Of a DNA stretch of 64,000 bases, positions 54,352 to 62,782 are shown in pieces (within the stretch, counting starts at the first letter, position 1; each line of letters begins with the position of its first letter). This DNA comes from a virus: the IMG/VR virus record IMGVR_UViG_3300046791_000499, positions 32,001-96,000 of that record; one strand, given 5' to 3'. Below the pieces are notes generated by a model, which worked only from the letters and a program-made list of their open reading frames with translations, did no database searches and was not told the origin of the DNA. The translations under genes were made by a program, and so were the position numbers.

Positions 54352-54965
54352 CCGGATGCAGCCTCGCTTGGGGGCACGGCAGTCGGGGGATCGACAGGCT
54401 TGGAGGTCGCGGCGACTGGGCGCGCGAAGCTGATCTCGTCGGCGTAGTTGAACCGCAACGACTCCGCGAGCAGGCGCCACTTGGTGGCCGGCGACGAGCC
54501 CACGAGCACCGCGCCGAGCACCTTGTAGTCGGTGATCCTGATCTCGCCCCTACCGGTCTGGACCAGGGTCTTGTTGAACACGGCCAACTGCATGAGGCGA
54601 TGCAGGTCCTTGGGCTCGAGCCGGGCGAGCAGGACCGGGAACGCCTCGCCGAGAAGGCTGCCGGCCACGTCGGGGAGAACCTCGAGCAGCCGAGCCCACG
54701 CCCTGGCGATGCGACCGTCGGACGTGTCGAGGTCCCCGAGGTTGGCCAGGTCGAAGTCAGCCCCGGAGCCCGTGGTCTCGGCCAGGAACAGCGCGACCTC
54801 TTTGGCGAGCGCGTCGACGACGATGCCGACGCCTACGGCTGCCGCGGGACCGAGCACCCGAAGCAAGATGCACTCGATCTCGAACTGCTCTTCGGGACCC
54901 GTACGCGTGATGATCCACGTACGGTCGTCGAAGCTGAGCGTCTTCTTGGGGTCGATGCGATCCAT
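54348..54965 (-). CDS. tail assembly chaperone G-like
   Basis: Position between tube and TMP; ends LRFNY...F. Confidence 0.65.
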   Translation of the reverse strand: MDRIDPKKTLSFDDRTWIITRTGPEEQFEIECILLRVLGPAAAVGVGIVVDALAKEVALFLAETTGSGADFDLANLGDLDTSDGRIARAWARLLEVLPDVAGSLLGEAFPVLLARLEPKDLHRLMQLAVFNKTLVQTGRGEIRITDYKVLGAVLVGSSPATKWRLLAESLRFNYADEISFARPVAATSKPVDPPTAVPPSEAASG

Positions 54966-54977
54966 GGATTACCTCGA

Positions 54978-55451
54978 TCACGGCATCAACGAGATGATCT
55001 CTTCTTGGGTCAACTGCGGCGGGTTCACCCACTTGCCGACCTGAGCGATCTGGAACACCCCGATCAGCGGCCAACTGACGACCTCGACGGTATCGGCGTT
55101 GAAGTTTCGCGTCGGCTGGGCCTCGATCGAGACCGAGCCGGAGACGAACTTCGTGGTCTCGTAGGTCAGCGAGACCCCGAGGATCTTTCCGAACTGCCGG
55201 ATCGCCTTGACCGCCGCGAAGATGAACGAGTCGTCCTCGCTCATCGGCATGACGTTGACCGTGAACCGATAGGCGTTGGACCCGTTGATGATGTGCGCCG
55301 CCGTATTGTGAAGGCCGCCAATGAGCGCCGACTCTGGAGACATCTTCTCCAGGATGGCGATCGTCCCGACATCGGGCAGCGCCGTGATGCGCTTGCCGCT
55401 GATGTTCAGGAACAGATTCGATTGTTGGATGATGACGGTCTCGTTGGACAT
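54978..55451 (-). CDS. tail tube protein
   Basis: 157 aa immediately after the sheath; beta-rich. Confidence 0.7.
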   Translation of the reverse strand: MSNETVIIQQSNLFLNISGKRITALPDVGTIAILEKMSPESALIGGLHNTAAHIINGSNAYRFTVNVMPMSEDDSFIFAAVKAIRQFGKILGVSLTYETTKFVSGSVSIEAQPTRNFNADTVEVVSWPLIGVFQIAQVGKWVNPPQLTQEEIISLMP

Positions 55452-55463
55452 GGCTCAGACCTC

Positions 55464-56840
55464 TCAGACGAGCGCGAACTCGGCTTCCACTCGCAGCGCC
55501 GCGAGCTTCGGGGTGATGGTGGCGGAGGCGAGGATGCGCCCGGTCGTCTTGAAGTCGCCGATCGAAAGTTCGGACGGCGGAAGCGTGGACAGATCGAGCG
55601 GCTCGTAGGTCACGGTGAAGTCGTCGCGGATGACACCAGCGGTGACCAGCGGGATCATGTCCTGGCTGATCTTGTCGCAGACGCTCTGCAGCCCGGCCTT
55701 GTCGAGATTGACGCCAGCGTTCGACTGCAAGATCAAGTCGACGGTCTGGCGGATCGTGTACCACCACCAATCCTCGGCGTGGACTTGGTAAATGAAATTG
55801 CCGCTGGAGACGTAGCCGCCGAGCGTGCGCAGGTCATCGGCCGGGCTGTAGAACCGCTCGGTGTATGACGTGAAGCGCTGGCGCATCGTCTGCGTCTGGC
55901 TGAGCGACCGAGCAGCGGTGATCGTCGTTTCGTCGCTGCCCTCCGTGACCAGGAAGTGCCAGGTCCGCGAGCCCGGGAACGCCCCGCCGACACGGCCAAC
56001 CCACGCGGCCGCCATGTAGTCGGTCGCCGTCGGGTGGCTCAGCAGGGCGGCACGCTTGTACTCGCCGTTGAACCAGTCCACCGCGATGTTGGTGGTGTCG
56101 CTGCCGTCGTAGACCCCGACGGTCGCGGTCTCGCCGATCATGACGTTGCGGCGGTTCACGACGTCGGCTCCCGCCCATCGGCGGCCTTCGTCGAGTTCGA
56201 CGTCGAGCGCACCTGGCATGAGAACGCCCCAGAAATTCGAGAGCGGGTAGGCGGCGTCGAGATCCTCGAACGCCCCGACGTTGGCCACCGTCTCCGTCAC
56301 GGTCGGAGCCGTACCGCCTGGTGCTGCCGACGTCGGCGTGAAGCCAACCCCTGGCACGTCGGCCGTGAGACTCAGCGTGTCGGTGTCTACGGAAGCAGCG
56401 GTGATCAGCGCGCCGTAGATGCCACCGTTGAAGGCGGCGACCAACCCGTCCTTGATCTGCGTCGTGGTCGAGCCGCTTGCGGCGAACGTCGCGGCGAGCG
56501 TCCCGTTGATGCTGACGGTGTGGTTGCCGTCGGTCGTGGAGATGATGTCCACGGTCCAGACGTTGGCGACCGGGTTCTCGCGCTTGATCAGGACGATCCG
56601 AGAAACGGCGGTGGCGGTCGGCTCCTGGCTGAATAGTTGGACCGCAGCGTTGAAGGCCGCGTCACCGGTGTCCCAGCCATCCTCCTCCATGAGCGCGGTC
56701 GACGAGTAGTCCGTCGTCTTCGCGGTGATGCCGGCAGGAACGGCGGGTGCCACAATCGCGAAGATCCGTGGGGTGTCCGGCGGTTCGGGTGGAACCTGAT
56801 TGAGCTGCGAATTGATTGCGATCCAGTCGATTGCGGGCAT
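55464..56840 (-). CDS. tail sheath protein (DUF3383-like)
   Basis: AAVQLFSQEP, AAWVGRV...PGSRTWHF, GNFIY.VH..DW, LDKAGLQ. Confidence 0.85.
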   Translation of the reverse strand: MPAIDWIAINSQLNQVPPEPPDTPRIFAIVAPAVPAGITAKTTDYSSTALMEEDGWDTGDAAFNAAVQLFSQEPTATAVSRIVLIKRENPVANVWTVDIISTTDGNHTVSINGTLAATFAASGSTTTQIKDGLVAAFNGGIYGALITAASVDTDTLSLTADVPGVGFTPTSAAPGGTAPTVTETVANVGAFEDLDAAYPLSNFWGVLMPGALDVELDEGRRWAGADVVNRRNVMIGETATVGVYDGSDTTNIAVDWFNGEYKRAALLSHPTATDYMAAAWVGRVGGAFPGSRTWHFLVTEGSDETTITAARSLSQTQTMRQRFTSYTERFYSPADDLRTLGGYVSSGNFIYQVHAEDWWWYTIRQTVDLILQSNAGVNLDKAGLQSVCDKISQDMIPLVTAGVIRDDFTVTYEPLDLSTLPPSELSIGDFKTTGRILASATITPKLAALRVEAEFALV

Positions 56841-56852
56841 GTCGGTCTCCTA

Positions 56853-57692
56853 CTAGGCGACGTTGAGGGCGTGCCCGATCCGGCGGGCGGCGGGGACTTG
56901 GTATGCAGCGGTGGCGTAGCCCAAGAGCGCGAAGTCGAGGGTGCCTTGCGTCTCGCTGCGATCGGCGAGTGTGGTGTTCTGAGCGAGAAGAATTCCGGCC
57001 AGGTTCCAACCGGCGGCCTGCAGCTTCGGCTTGAGCACGCGGTGCATGGCTTTGCGGGCGCGGGTCATGAGGTCGAACCCGGTGGCGAAACCTCGGACCT
57101 CGACGCCTCGGAAGGTCACTCGGCAGACCATGCGCGACCACTCGACCTCGAGTTCGGGGAAGCGCTCGACCAGCGGCGTGATCTCGACGAGATCGGCGTC
57201 GCTCGGAGCGAGAGCGAACAGGGGTTCGTCGGTCGAGCCGGTGACGATGATGCTGGTCGGATCATCGCCATCGATCGCGGCTGTGATCCCAGCGGGCAAC
57301 CCGGCGTCGATGATGGCGAACAGGGCAGCCGCGCTGATGTCGGGTGTCTCCTGTGGGTCCAGGCCCTGGTCGGGCGAGTCGTACGAGAACGTGAGCGGGG
57401 AATCGAAGTCGAACCCGACGTACAAGAGCACGGCGAAGGTCCCGGGCCCGTCCACGAGGATCGTGATCTGCTGCTTCACGATCGATGGGATCGTGCGGAC
57501 CTCTGGCTGACTCAGCGGCACGAGCGAGGTTGCGACCTGGATCAGCGCGGCCGGGAGCGCCACGTCGGGGGCTCCGTCGTCGCGCTTCTCGGGGAAGCAC
57601 ACGCGCTCACCGGGGATGCCGGTAGCCGCAACGACCCAGTCATGGATCGCGTTCTCGACCAGCTCGATGGCGATCGGGGCAGTCGCGGTCAT
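56853..57692 (-). CDS. tail terminator / neck protein
   Basis: VENAIHDWV.AATG...V; position before the sheath. Confidence 0.65.
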   Translation of the reverse strand: MTATAPIAIELVENAIHDWVVAATGIPGERVCFPEKRDDGAPDVALPAALIQVATSLVPLSQPEVRTIPSIVKQQITILVDGPGTFAVLLYVGFDFDSPLTFSYDSPDQGLDPQETPDISAAALFAIIDAGLPAGITAAIDGDDPTSIIVTGSTDEPLFALAPSDADLVEITPLVERFPELEVEWSRMVCRVTFRGVEVRGFATGFDLMTRARKAMHRVLKPKLQAAGWNLAGILLAQNTTLADRSETQGTLDFALLGYATAAYQVPAARRIGHALNVA

Positions 57693-58129
57693 GCCGGCCC
57701 CCGTTCCGCCGCGCTGTAGAAGCGGTAGCGTGAATCAGCCACGAGCCCGGCATCGTCCCAAATCTCTTCGCCGGTGATCTCGTAGAGCCGGCCCTGCCAT
57801 TCGACCTGATCCCCCGGAGGACCGTCGGTGTTCTGCGTCGGCGCGATCTGGAGTCCGGTCCAGTTGAGCGCAATCTGGTCGATGTCGTCTTCCACGTAGG
57901 CTGCGGAGAGGAACGTCTTGGATGCCCAGATCTGCGTGCCGCCCGTGGTCGAATCGCCGGGAAGTTGGCGGTTCAATTGGGTGCTCGTCGGCTGGACGTA
58001 CAGCTTCACGAGCGCAACGACGTCATCGGCAGGCGTGAGGCGACCATCGGCCCCACGCGTGCCTGCTACTCGACGACGCACGCGCGTCAGCCGAGAGCCT
58101 TTTTTGACGGCGTTCTCGATCCCACCCAC
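57689..58129 (-). CDS. head closure (stopper) protein
   Basis: VQP....L..LPG, GDQVEWQGRLYEI...W. Confidence 0.7.
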   Translation of the reverse strand: MGGIENAVKKGSRLTRVRRRVAGTRGADGRLTPADDVVALVKLYVQPTSTQLNRQLPGDSTTGGTQIWASKTFLSAAYVEDDIDQIALNWTGLQIAPTQNTDGPPGDQVEWQGRLYEITGEEIWDDAGLVADSRYRFYSAAERGPA

Positions 58130-58132
58130 GGC

Positions 58133-58681
58133 TCAGCCTGCTTTCTTGACGTCCTTGATCCGCGGGACCTTGGCGATCTTGCGGCTCAGCGCCTCGACCA
58201 GTTCCGGGTTGCGACGGTTCTTCGGGCCTGCGATGACCGGCTTCTTGTGCTCGATCTCCATCAACTGCTCGAGTGCGGCACGTCCAGAAGTCCGAGAGAT
58301 CAGCGCGGTGAATTCGTCCGGGGTGAGCCCGGCGAGGTTGACCTCGACCACCTGCTTGGCCTCGATCAGCTTGGCGATCTCTTTGTGAGCCGAAGCCGCG
58401 GACCACGTCTTGGCGTCCACGAGATTCAGACCAGGCGTGAACATGCCGATGCTGCCATCGGGAAGGCCGAACGCGACCGGGCTGGGCTCGGCGTAGCGAG
58501 TCGGCGCGGGCGGACGCTTCGGTGCGTTCTTCGGTCGCACAGCGGCCGGGAGTTTCACGAGTTCTGGCTTGTAGTCCACGGCGACCAGCCCGGGGCTTGT
58601 CGGTTGTGGTGCACTCGGCACGGGGCCAGACGCACTGCGGCCGCGGGGGCTTGGCTTCTCGGTCTTGTCTTCTTCGCTCAT
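58133..58681 (-). CDS. head-module protein, paralogue of 59629-60249
   Basis: PGLNLVDAKTW..H.EI..LIEAKQV...RNPELVEAL. Confidence 0.6.
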   Translation of the reverse strand: MSEEDKTEKPSPRGRSASGPVPSAPQPTSPGLVAVDYKPELVKLPAAVRPKNAPKRPPAPTRYAEPSPVAFGLPDGSIGMFTPGLNLVDAKTWSAASAHKEIAKLIEAKQVVEVNLAGLTPDEFTALISRTSGRAALEQLMEIEHKKPVIAGPKNRRNPELVEALSRKIAKVPRIKDVKKAG

Positions 58682-59157
58682 ACGTCGTCTCCGTCTGTTC
58701 CGATCTCGAAATCGATGGCCTTGAGCATGTCGCCGCTGTCGACCAGCTTTTGATCGTGGCCCTTGCGATCGATGGTGCTCTGCGCGAGCGGGTCTCCGCC
58801 CACCTGTCGGGTCTCAATCACCGCCTTGGCCGACTTTTTCATGAGCCGGCCGAGCATGGTGAGAGCCTGGATGGGGGTGGCAACGCAGTCAGCGACCGCA
58901 CCGACATCGTCCTTGGCCTCCTCACCGAGTAGCGGTGCACTCTGGTCGGCCGCGATCGAGAGCCAGGGACGTGGCTTGACGTACGGCTCCCCGTTGTCTC
59001 GCTGGGCCTTGGAGCCTAGTTCGTTGATCGCACCCTTGAATGCTTGCTCAGGCTCGAGCAAGCCGGCCGACACGCGCATGCGATCCAGCCCAGCGAGGTT
59101 TCGCTGAGTCTTCCGCCAACCGAGGTCGACGTCTTGGATCTTGATCGTGGTGCCCAT
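58678..59157 (-). CDS. neck / virion morphogenesis protein
   Basis: D.DLGW, INELG, PRPWL, PLAQSTIDRKG....LVDSG.M..AI. Confidence 0.8.
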   Translation of the reverse strand: MGTTIKIQDVDLGWRKTQRNLAGLDRMRVSAGLLEPEQAFKGAINELGSKAQRDNGEPYVKPRPWLSIAADQSAPLLGEEAKDDVGAVADCVATPIQALTMLGRLMKKSAKAVIETRQVGGDPLAQSTIDRKGHDQKLVDSGDMLKAIDFEIGTDGDDV

Positions 59158-59186
59158 CGGTCAGCCGTAGAGAATGGTTCTAGGAG

Positions 59187-59609
59187 TCATGAGTTTGTCG
59201 CTCGCGTGGACCCGATCGAACGGGGGAGAGTTCTGCGACGGGCTTGGCACTTCTCGAACTTGGCCAGCTCGAACGCGAAGAGAGTCCCGAAGGGCGAGCC
59301 AGCGAACAGGCCCGACGCCGAGGTCGCGGTCCCGTAGGTCACCGACACGCGCCCGACCGTCTCGCTCTCGACGGTCGAACCTGACTCAGCACCGGCACCC
59401 GGGGTCACCGTGAGTAGGTGCTGAGCCAGCAAAGTGATCATGTTGCAGGGGTCGACCCCGCAACCGATGTAGGCGAGTTCCTTGGTGGCCTGTCCGGCTG
59501 CGGGCCCGAGCACAATCAAGACCGCCTGTGCGATGAACAGCTCCGCCAGATCGGCGTCGACGTCAGCGAACAGGGGGCCAAGACTGTCCTGGGTGATCGT
59601 GCAGGTCAT
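59187..59609 (-). CDS. head-tail adaptor (DUF4054-like)
   Basis: LLAQHLL, V.SETVG.VSVTY, SPFG..F. Confidence 0.75.
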   Translation of the reverse strand: MTCTITQDSLGPLFADVDADLAELFIAQAVLIVLGPAAGQATKELAYIGCGVDPCNMITLLAQHLLTVTPGAGAESGSTVESETVGRVSVTYGTATSASGLFAGSPFGTLFAFELAKFEKCQARRRTLPRSIGSTRATNS

Positions 59610-59628
59610 GAAGGAATCCGCCTCGAGA

Positions 59629-60249
59629 TCAGCCCATCGCCAACGACGGCTGCGGTGCGTTGGTATCCTTGACCAAGGGCACCGCGCGCTGGAACGCGAT
59701 CGTCTTGAGCTTGACCGGCCGCGCCTTCGCCTGCCGGTCGGCAACCGCGTCGAGGATCTCGGGGCGGCCATCGCCGTGCCGCTCCTGATCCGCGATCCAC
59801 TGCAGGCCGGTTGGGTCGATCGACCGAGCGATCAGATCGAGTACGGCGCCGCTGTCATCGGGCAGAGCCGTCAACTCGCGGATCTGCTTGGCCTTGACCA
59901 ACTCCATCACCTGGGGATGACCTGGCTCGCCGGCCGCCGACTTGGCGGTCCTCGTGTAGAAGCGCCAGAGGTCGGCTGAGATGACGTTGACCCCGGGTTG
60001 CAGTTGCAGATCCGCCTGCCCGTTCTCCGGCCAGAAAGCCATCAACGGGGAGAGCCGGTGTGCAACTGCTCGGTCGTTCCGAACAGCGCCCTTGTCTACG
60101 GTGCCTCGGCCCACCATGCCGCGGTAGTCGAGGATGACGTGGGTCTTCTTGGGCGGCTTGGCGGCCGCCTCGTTGGGAACGGTAGTGGTTTCGCTGGACA
60201 TTGGGGTCTCGCTCTCGGGGTTCACGTCGTCTGCTTTGCGTCGGGCCAT
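59629..60249 (-). CDS. head-module protein, paralogue of 58133-58681
   Basis: LQPGVNVISADLW..HPQV.ELVKAKQI...GRPEILDAV. Confidence 0.6.
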   Translation of the reverse strand: MARRKADDVNPESETPMSSETTTVPNEAAAKPPKKTHVILDYRGMVGRGTVDKGAVRNDRAVAHRLSPLMAFWPENGQADLQLQPGVNVISADLWRFYTRTAKSAAGEPGHPQVMELVKAKQIRELTALPDDSGAVLDLIARSIDPTGLQWIADQERHGDGRPEILDAVADRQAKARPVKLKTIAFQRAVPLVKDTNAPQPSLAMG

Positions 60250-60254
60250 GACGA

Positions 60255-61457
60255 TCACGCGGTGAAGTCGGCGTACAGGACTTGCTCGGGCAGCTTGGCG
60301 ATGACGCCACCGTGGCGCCGGAGCAGCACGTACGTCTGGTTGAGGTAGTCCTCGAAGGGTCCGAAGACCATGGACTCCATGTGCTCCACGTACAGGTTCT
60401 TGCGATCGTCGGTGTAGACGATCCAGCGCGTGGCGGTGCCGGCTTGGTTGCCGAGCATGAGGTTGTCGGAGAACATCGCCGCGGCGATCCACGGGTACTG
60501 CTCGACCGCGCGCTTCCACACGGAGTCGCCTTCGCCGTTGGCACCGAAGTAGGTGTTCTGCATCGCCAGCCGGTCGGCGTGCGGAATCACCGAGTGGGTC
60601 GGACGTCGGCCCTGGTTGCCCAACATGTAGCGGGCTTCGATGGCCGCGAGACGCTGCATCATCTGCACCGCGGTCGGGACCATCGACGAGAACTGCTGAC
60701 CGACCAGGAGCACCATGGCGCCGCTGATCGTGGCGAAGCCTTCGATGTTCTTGTCGGTCGAGCCCCACCAAGAGACGCGCTCGCGGAAGTCGTCGGCAGC
60801 CTCGACCGCCGCGTACTGTCGCTCGCCCTGGAGATCATCGCCGACGATCGCTGCTTCCCAGTCGTCGGGGAGACCCCAGGTGTACTTGCTGGCGTAGTAG
60901 GCCGCGCCGCGGATCTCCTTCTCGTCGGAGTAGTCCGAGTTCGGGACCTCGCGCAGCGCGTTGGGGTCGGCCCAAACGGCCTGCCCGGTGTGCTCGCGGA
61001 TCTTGAACGAGTTCGTCCGGTAGCCGGGCTTGAGCACGTTGCGGGACTGCAACGCCATGACCCGACCAGGACCCGGAACGAACAGCGTCGGCGCTTGCGG
61101 GCGCGTGATGTTCTCGCCGGGGCCACCGACCAACTCGAGCGAACTCGAGGTGAAGTCGGTCACGCCGTCGAACCGAGGATCGATCAACGGCGCAATGTGG
61201 CGCTTGATGATCGCCTTGGCCGCGTCCTGGACCTTCTCCAGCGGGGCGTCCGGCCATTTGCGTCGGAGTGCGGGGACGATCCGCTTCAAGGCCGCATCGC
61301 TGCTGTGCCCGATCTCGAGCCCGAAGCCCGAGTTTGAGAACCCTTGGAACTTGCCCGCCGAGTCGAGTCGGACGTCGTCGAACATGGAATCGTCGAAGAC
61401 GACCGCACGTCCGCCTGCCGCATCGAGCCGAGTGATGAATGGTAGATTGGCGCTCAT
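60255..61457 (-). CDS. major capsid protein (DUF2184 / HK97 fold)
   Basis: 400 aa; GQA.W....VP.SD, W..AA..G..L..ER..AA.EA......WWG...IEGF, RHGGV....P. Confidence 0.8.
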   Translation of the reverse strand: MSANLPFITRLDAAGGRAVVFDDSMFDDVRLDSAGKFQGFSNSGFGLEIGHSSDAALKRIVPALRRKWPDAPLEKVQDAAKAIIKRHIAPLIDPRFDGVTDFTSSSLELVGGPGENITRPQAPTLFVPGPGRVMALQSRNVLKPGYRTNSFKIREHTGQAVWADPNALREVPNSDYSDEKEIRGAAYYASKYTWGLPDDWEAAIVGDDLQGERQYAAVEAADDFRERVSWWGSTDKNIEGFATISGAMVLLVGQQFSSMVPTAVQMMQRLAAIEARYMLGNQGRRPTHSVIPHADRLAMQNTYFGANGEGDSVWKRAVEQYPWIAAAMFSDNLMLGNQAGTATRWIVYTDDRKNLYVEHMESMVFGPFEDYLNQTYVLLRRHGGVIAKLPEQVLYADFTA

Positions 61458-61474
61458 GAGGTGCTCCTGTGGGA

Positions 61475-62779
61475 TCAGACGTTGGGCGTGACCGGGACCG
61501 CGATACGAGCGCGACCGATGTGGGTGGAGGGGGCGATGAACATTTCACCGCGGGTGGTTCGGGTGTGGGTGCTGACCTCGGGGTTCGTCTCGACGAACGC
61601 GATGGTGCCGGGGCCCAGGTTGGTCACGGTCACGGCGCGGCCATCGGCGGGGCCGGTGAGCGTGATGGTCGAGGTGCCACCACCAGCAACGAGCCCCGTG
61701 AGCGTGGGCTTGAGTGCGAGGGCAGCTTTCAGGCCCGTGACGATCAGCGTGGCGGTCGTGCCGGCGCCGCTGGTGAAGCCAACGTGCTCGGTGACGGTGA
61801 CCCCCAGGTTGTTCACGACCGAGACCTGGAAGGCGTAGTCGGTTGCGTCGACCGCCGTTGGCGTTCCCGTCCACAGGTTCGCCGTGGCACCGACGGCGGC
61901 ACCAGCCGCATCCGTCACCATGCCGGCGAGGTAATCGCCCGCGTCGGTGTGTCGGACGTAGACGGCCTCGGGCCCGTTGCTCAGCGTGATCGCCTTCTCG
62001 CCGTAGGCCGAGATGTGCCCGTACTTGGCGTAGGGGATGTTCTGGCCGGACTTGTACTCGCGGTAGGCGAAGCCGGGCTCGACGGGCTGCGTGTCGGAGC
62101 CCCGGAAGATCGGACCGCGGAAGGTCGCGGCCGACATCGAAGACGTGATCTTGGTGAAGTAGGGGCGGCCCTCCTTGTCGTAGCCGGCGGTCCCCTTGCT
62201 CGTGTCGATCCCGTAGAAGAGACCAACCTTGATCGTGTCGGTGACCGGCGACGCGATGGAGGTCGCCGTGTAGCCATCGCCACCGACGGTGCTGGTGATC
62301 ACGGCCGAGAACGTCGCGCCTGGGACCCGAGCGGTGAGCCGCAACTTGGCCGCGCTCGCGCCGACCGAGGCGACCACGTAGGAGGCGATGTTGCCACCCG
62401 TGTAGGCCCCCGCGATGGTCGTGATCGCAGCGTTGATCGCCTCGATCAATCCGAGCACGGTGTCCGCGGCGGTGTCCGCCGTCGCTACGAACGAGGTGCT
62501 CGCGGGCGCCATCGCATGCGCCGCGGCCGAGGTCCCCGATTGAGTCGTCAGCATCGTGACCGTGACGGTCCACGTTGCCGAAGACGCGAAGGTCCCCGTC
62601 AGTTCGTAGTCGGTGACCTGAACGACCTGTGGGTAGTGGGCAGTCCCGACATCGTTGATCGAGGTGTCGAAGAAACACCCCGGCTCGATGATGGTCTCAT
62701 CCGGGTTGGTGACGCCGTCCGTCTTGAGGAACGGGATGTCGAGATTGTTGGTGAACGGGAACAGGGGTGGAAGTGACAT
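61475..62779 (-). CDS. head decoration / capsid-associated structural protein with inserted domains
   Basis: Between the maturation protein and MCP; Thr/Ala-rich; GHISAY.E...VYVR. Confidence 0.6.
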   Translation of the reverse strand: MSLPPLFPFTNNLDIPFLKTDGVTNPDETIIEPGCFFDTSINDVGTAHYPQVVQVTDYELTGTFASSATWTVTVTMLTTQSGTSAAAHAMAPASTSFVATADTAADTVLGLIEAINAAITTIAGAYTGGNIASYVVASVGASAAKLRLTARVPGATFSAVITSTVGGDGYTATSIASPVTDTIKVGLFYGIDTSKGTAGYDKEGRPYFTKITSSMSAATFRGPIFRGSDTQPVEPGFAYREYKSGQNIPYAKYGHISAYGEKAITLSNGPEAVYVRHTDAGDYLAGMVTDAAGAAVGATANLWTGTPTAVDATDYAFQVSVVNNLGVTVTEHVGFTSGAGTTATLIVTGLKAALALKPTLTGLVAGGGTSTITLTGPADGRAVTVTNLGPGTIAFVETNPEVSTHTRTTRGEMFIAPSTHIGRARIAVPVTPNV

Positions 62780-62782
62780 GGA

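Noticed and set aside
60255-61457. Encapsulin or contractile injection system instead of a phage
   Set aside because: Capsid, adaptor, stopper, neck, TMP and TerL are all present, consistent with a genuine tailed phage.
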